DNA of 64,000 nucleotides from contig OZ024761.1 in NCBI GenBank assembly GCA_964016885.1, positions 15,500,001 through 15,564,000 on the forward strand. The letters are read 5' to 3'. This document shows, in pieces, positions 58,569-64,000 of the stretch. How positions within the stretch are numbered: position 1 is the stretch's first letter; every line of letters starts with the position of its first letter. This DNA comes from Eledone cirrhosa (taxonomy: Eukaryota). A program made the position numbers and the translations under genes. The notes below the pieces were generated by a model. The model did not search any database and was not told where the DNA came from. It saw only the letters and a program-made list of their open reading frames with translations.

Positions 58569-58893
58569 CCAAAAAGTTCAACACACAAAAAAGAGAAATA
58601 AAGAAGAACAAAAGGAATGGAACTAAATAAACAAACACAAACAAAAGAAGTTCTTCCGTTTTGTAATAATTGTCACAATAGTATTCCTTCCCCCAATCCG
58701 CCCGACTTTCAATTCATAGAAAATATATATAATGTACATTATAACAACGTTATTTCGTTCTTCCACTTGTAGATATATCATAACCACTTGACGTTTAAGT
58801 GTTGCTTAGAATTCACACGTATGTAATTTTGACCTGGATACAGTATTAGGCCTGTATCACAAAATATAAGATATGTGGGGTTGTTGCTCTGTC

Positions 58894-58975
<82 letters not shown>

Positions 58976-59337
58976 ATTTGCTTTTTGGTGGTGGGGGTTG
59001 TTTAAATGGAATTATCTACTTTTTCATATTGTTCACTCCACTCCCACCACCGCCGCCACCATCTTTTGCAGCGTGTGAAATGGCTGTGTATTCCGCGGGC
59101 ACGTGTGAACCTTTGAAGTACCGTATTATATATAAAACGCACTTTTTTTTCCTCAAAAATATTCCAGGAAATTATCCTGTGTCTTCAGTTCAGAAAATTT
59201 AAGTGTGTGTGTGTGTGTGGGGGGGGGGTTAAATGGGATTATCTACTTTATCATATAGTTCACCCCACCACCACCATTTGTAGCATGTGGAGCGGCTGAG
59301 TATTCCTGTTATGTTAACCTGCTCTTTAATTCGATAA

Positions 59338-59382
<45 letters not shown>

Positions 59383-59517
59383 CCTTTGAACTCTGTTCCC
59401 ACACACTTTTCACCTGAAGAAGGGCTTATGCCCCACCACCACCCCACTGTCCAGAGCGTGAAATTAATAAACATTCGTTGTACTGCCTCTCTGTTTTGTT
59501 CCTGTTCAAATTTTTCC

Positions 59518-59590
<73 letters not shown>

Positions 59591-60067
59591 GTGTGTATAA
59601 TGGTAGCTATGGTGCTTCCATAGGCGGTATGCCAAAATTAGCACTCAATATTCTTACAGAGCAGAGTGTGAATAGTATTAAAAAACGAAAAATCAGTGAT
59701 GCATCTGGACTCAGTTTATTGCGTGTTACAATTGTTTCGCCGGCAGGTAGCTCGAGACATGATCACTGTATGGATCTGGCTGATTCTACGGCTGCAGGTT
59801 CCTTCAGACACATGCAATTCTTTCGCAGCAAATTTTCTCACTGGTGTGTTATCATAAAAAAACACCTTCAAAAAACATCTTCCACTCTTGTCATGCCATT
59901 GGCTGTTGTTTTTCTACATCATCATAAATTCTAGTCACTATAATACTGCTACACTGGTCATCAGCCATTTTCCGTCCGACACACTTCAATGGAGCCATGC
60001 TGGGTTTGGTATCTCACACGTCTGTTCACACTCCCGAGTATGTACCCACAGACACACACACACACAC

Positions 60068-60098
<31 letters not shown>

Positions 60099-60136
60099 AC
60101 ATAAATAACAATCAAATTGTGTTTAAGGCATTTAAT

Positions 60137-60179
60137 CGCTTACGTTTCATCCAGATATAGGTCTGGATTCATCGGAGCA
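60137..60179 (-). ncRNA. Minimal hammerhead ribozyme-like motif with CCGAUGA core variant
   Basis: Minus strand UGCU-CCGAUGA-AUCCAGA(CCUAUA)UCUGGAU-GAAA-CG-UA-AGCG: 7-bp helix II, palindromic ACGU helix III, GUA triplet. Confidence 0.65.
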
Positions 60180-60639
60180 TATAAAAGGTTAAAACAAATA
60201 TATTCCGAATCATTAGAACATTCAACAGGATACATTATATGTGAGAAGACTAATTGTAAGTGTTAATTGCAATAGATTAAAAAGCAAGACCAAAAGAATA
60301 TTATAATGAAATAATTATAATGAAAAAATAGTAATGAAATATTATAATGAAAATTTATGTTAAAGCTATAAGTATTATGAGGTATATGGTATGTATAAGG
60401 ATTATTACTTATATCAAAAAAATCATAGCAAGAATATTAATAACAGTAGAGTAAATAAAATAACTTGCTGTTGGAGTTACATTCCTATGGGAAGAAACAA
60501 TTGTCAGTAATTAAATGCCTTAAACTTTTAATTTTGATTTTTTAGTACATTATATATATATACACACACACAGTGTATAATCTATATATATATATGTCTC
60601 AGATGTGAGAAAAACCACAGACCCTCCATCTCAACTCTA

Positions 60640-60675
60640 CTTTTGAAAAGCAGAAGAACTGCGAAACCGGTAAAG
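60640..60675 (+). ncRNA. Minimal hammerhead ribozyme-like motif with U3-A8 core variant
   Basis: CUU-UUGAAAA-GCAG(AAGAA)CUGC-GAAA-CCGG-UA-AAG: palindromic ACCGGU helix III, GUA triplet, 3-bp helix I. Confidence 0.6.
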
Positions 60676-60744
60676 GAACCAAATAAATATATATATATTT
60701 TTTTTAATAAGACTCCAGTTGCATTTTCGATTTCATCTTTTTTT

Positions 60745-60783
<39 letters not shown>

Positions 60784-61062
60784 GTGTATAATCTCTCTCT
60801 ATATATATATATTCTATATATACACACGGTATATGTCTATTTTATTTTTTATTCTATCGAATGTGGCTTGGTTGTGACTTCCTTCCCAAAATGTCTGTTG
60901 ATTTCTTATATCTGTTTAGACAGTATATATTTCAAGGAATCTTTCAGTTTCATTGTTTATTTTTAGCTTGCATATATGTATATATATGCGTGTATGTATA
61001 TATATATATATGTATATATATGCGCGTATGTATATATATATATATATATTATATGCATGTAT

Positions 61063-61119
<57 letters not shown>

Positions 61120-61681
61120 TGTTTCTCTTTGTGCGTGTGTATGTGGGTGTGTGCATTAAATGTATTTAGAAAATGTCAGCTGACATTTCATAATGATTTT
61201 ATCAGAGTGAGACGCTTATATTTTTTATTCTTGTGTCTGAGTTTTATTTTGCTCTGTATTTTATTTGTTTTTTGCGTTTCTGGCAGTTTTCTTTCTTTCT
61301 TTTACTTTTTTTTTGTACAAAAATATTTTCTCCAACTTAAAACCAGAAACGATGTCTTTACCAATCCAGCGACAACAAACACAACATTGATATAACTTTT
61401 GTGGTAAAAATATATTAAAGTAAAAAATAACAATGTCTAATTGTTGTTAGCGTCATCTCTGTATAACTGTATGTGTGAGTTTTGAATAGTTGTTGTTCTT
61501 GTTGTCGTGGTGATAGTGGATTTTGTGGAGGTTGTAGTTATGGTATTCGTGACGGTAATGATGTATGTGGTGGCAGTGGTGGTGTATGTGGTGGCAGTGG
61601 TGGTGTATGTGGTAACGCACAGACATGTGTAAATAATGTACGAAACTGAATTGTCGGGTTTTGAAGCACTGAGCATATGTA

Positions 61682-61752
<71 letters not shown>

Positions 61753-61759
61753 ATATGTA

Positions 61760-61838
<79 letters not shown>

Positions 61839-61910
61839 ATATATATATATGAATATATATATATATAAATATATATAAATATATATATATAAATATATAT
61901 AAATATATAA

Positions 61911-61945
<35 letters not shown>

Positions 61946-62427
61946 AATATATATATCATAAATCATGTCTTTAGAATTATTAGATAAAATATATACCGTT
62001 TCTTCTTCCAATTAGCATAATTAACCATATAAAAAATCAATTAGACCAAGCTATAAGAGGAAAGGCTCTTATGAAGAAATCTTCGACAAATAACCGAAAG
62101 TGGCCTCTTCGCGGTGGCCCCAATATTGTATATTTATCCAACATTTCGACAGCATGTAGAAACTGACTAAATATATCATCAACCATACACAATTAGGTGT
62201 AAAATTAAACTTAGAAGATATGTGCACATACCGTAATTACGGTATGTACACATATGTTGATTTAAAACTGCACTATCCGCAAGTGTTTTTTAACCTTCAT
62301 ATCATGTCTTCCTATTTTATCTGATGAAAACACATATTATTGCATGATGATATTTGTTTTTGAAATGCGCATAATAAAATACATGGAACTCTTTTAACCA
62401 TCTTTTGTTCTTATATATTATAAATAT

Positions 62428-62502
<75 letters not shown>

Positions 62503-62523
62503 AATATATATATATATAAATAA

Positions 62524-62554
<31 letters not shown>

Positions 62555-62566
62555 AATATATATATA

Positions 62567-62620
<54 letters not shown>

Positions 62621-62632
62621 AATATATATATA

Positions 62633-62804
<172 letters not shown>

Positions 62805-62843
62805 AATATATATAAATATAAATATATATATATAAATATAAAT

Positions 62844-62874
<31 letters not shown>

Positions 62875-62891
62875 AATATATATATAAATAT

Positions 62892-62940
<49 letters not shown>

Positions 62941-63108
62941 AATATATATATAAATATATATATATATAAATAGATATAAATATATATATATATATATATA
63001 TAAATATATATGTAGATAAATCTACCAAAATGTACGGTAGTGTCCAATCCGTATGAAGAACTCAATGTAATCCGAATATCATGAAAAGATGATATTTGCC
63101 AAAAAGAC

Positions 63109-63176
<68 letters not shown>

Positions 63177-63204
63177 ATGCACGTATGTATATATGTACGT
63201 ATGT

Positions 63205-63848
63205 ACGTCGAAGACACGCTTCGGTCACGAATGACCATGTGATTTGCACCTAGAAAGTTTCCCTCCGAGGCACAAGTCCAGGCAAGGTTGTTTGTGGAAG
63301 ACCAGTAGTCACCCATGCATACCAGTCTCCCCTCTCCACGTCACCGATGATGTCCAAGGGAAAGGCAATGACCGATACAGCTTGGCACCAGTGACATCGC
63401 AACTCATTTCTATAGCTGAGTAAACTGAAGCAACTTGAAATGAAGAGTCTTGCTCAAGGGCACAATGCATCACCCTGTCCGAGATTCGAACTCACAACTT
63501 TCCGATTGCAAACCCAAAGCTCTAACCACTAAGCTATGCGCCTTCAAACAACTACCTATCCTATACTATGCAGGTAAATGCAGACCTGGCAACCTCTAAA
63601 AACCCCAATGGGGAGTACCATAAAAAAGACTACTCCAAAACGGGGAGATTTTACATAATGAAAGCTATACCCATTTTCACAAGAGAACATATCTCTCACC
63701 CACCCCAAAGTAGGTGCGAGATCTCTGAGTAAACTTGAGCAGCGTGAAATCAAGTGTCTTGCTCAAGGACACAAAGCATTACTCGTTCCGAGAATCGAAC
63801 TCACAGCCTTTCAACTGCAAGCCCAGCGCTCCAACCAATAAGCAAGGC

Positions 63849-63850
<2 letters not shown>
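63205..63850 (-). mobile_element. Two SINE family B heads with different 3' bodies; further heads at 12553-12670 (+), 40856-41025 (+) and 29910-30165 (-)
   Basis: Shared head/CORE-like segment (gtcttgctcaagg...gaactcacaac...ctctaaccactaagc on +) joined to unrelated bodies. Confidence 0.7.
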
Positions 63851-63897
<47 letters not shown>

Positions 63898-64000
63898 CGT
63901 ATTGGTCCCCTGGATATTATAAGGAAAGGCGACACAAGACACATTATAATGTTCAACACTGAAATTAATGTAAGTATATGGGAGAGAGAGAGAGAAAGAG

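Overview
AT-rich, intron-dominated animal genomic DNA. The very dense (TA)n/(CA)n/(GA)n microsatellites and the SINE/RTE/Penelope-like repeat set suggest a coleoid cephalopod such as an octopus (inference). Nearly all ORFs in the supplied track are microsatellite artefacts. One real protein-coding gene can be assembled by hand on the + strand from six phase-consistent GT-AG exons: 17793-18067, 21844-22002, 22754-23029, 28743-28790, 31340-31418 and 32039-32459. It encodes a type I membrane C-type lectin receptor with a long-form CTLD, a Thr-rich stalk, a TM helix and a ~140-aa tail rich in tyrosine motifs; its N-terminal exon(s) are not securely located. The rest is two tRNA-derived SINE families, LINE fragments (RTE, CRE-like, Tx1-like), MITEs, foldback Penelope-like terminal fragments, several minisatellites and a 200-N gap. 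The most notable hidden signals are: (i) about a dozen minimal hammerhead-ribozyme-like motifs or half-motifs, with covarying stems and natural core variants; (ii) an in-frame, coding-like extension behind a UGA-C stop of the lectin receptor; (iii) a ~101-copy 22-bp hairpin minisatellite with a binary variant code; (iv) minisatellites traceable to transposon parts.
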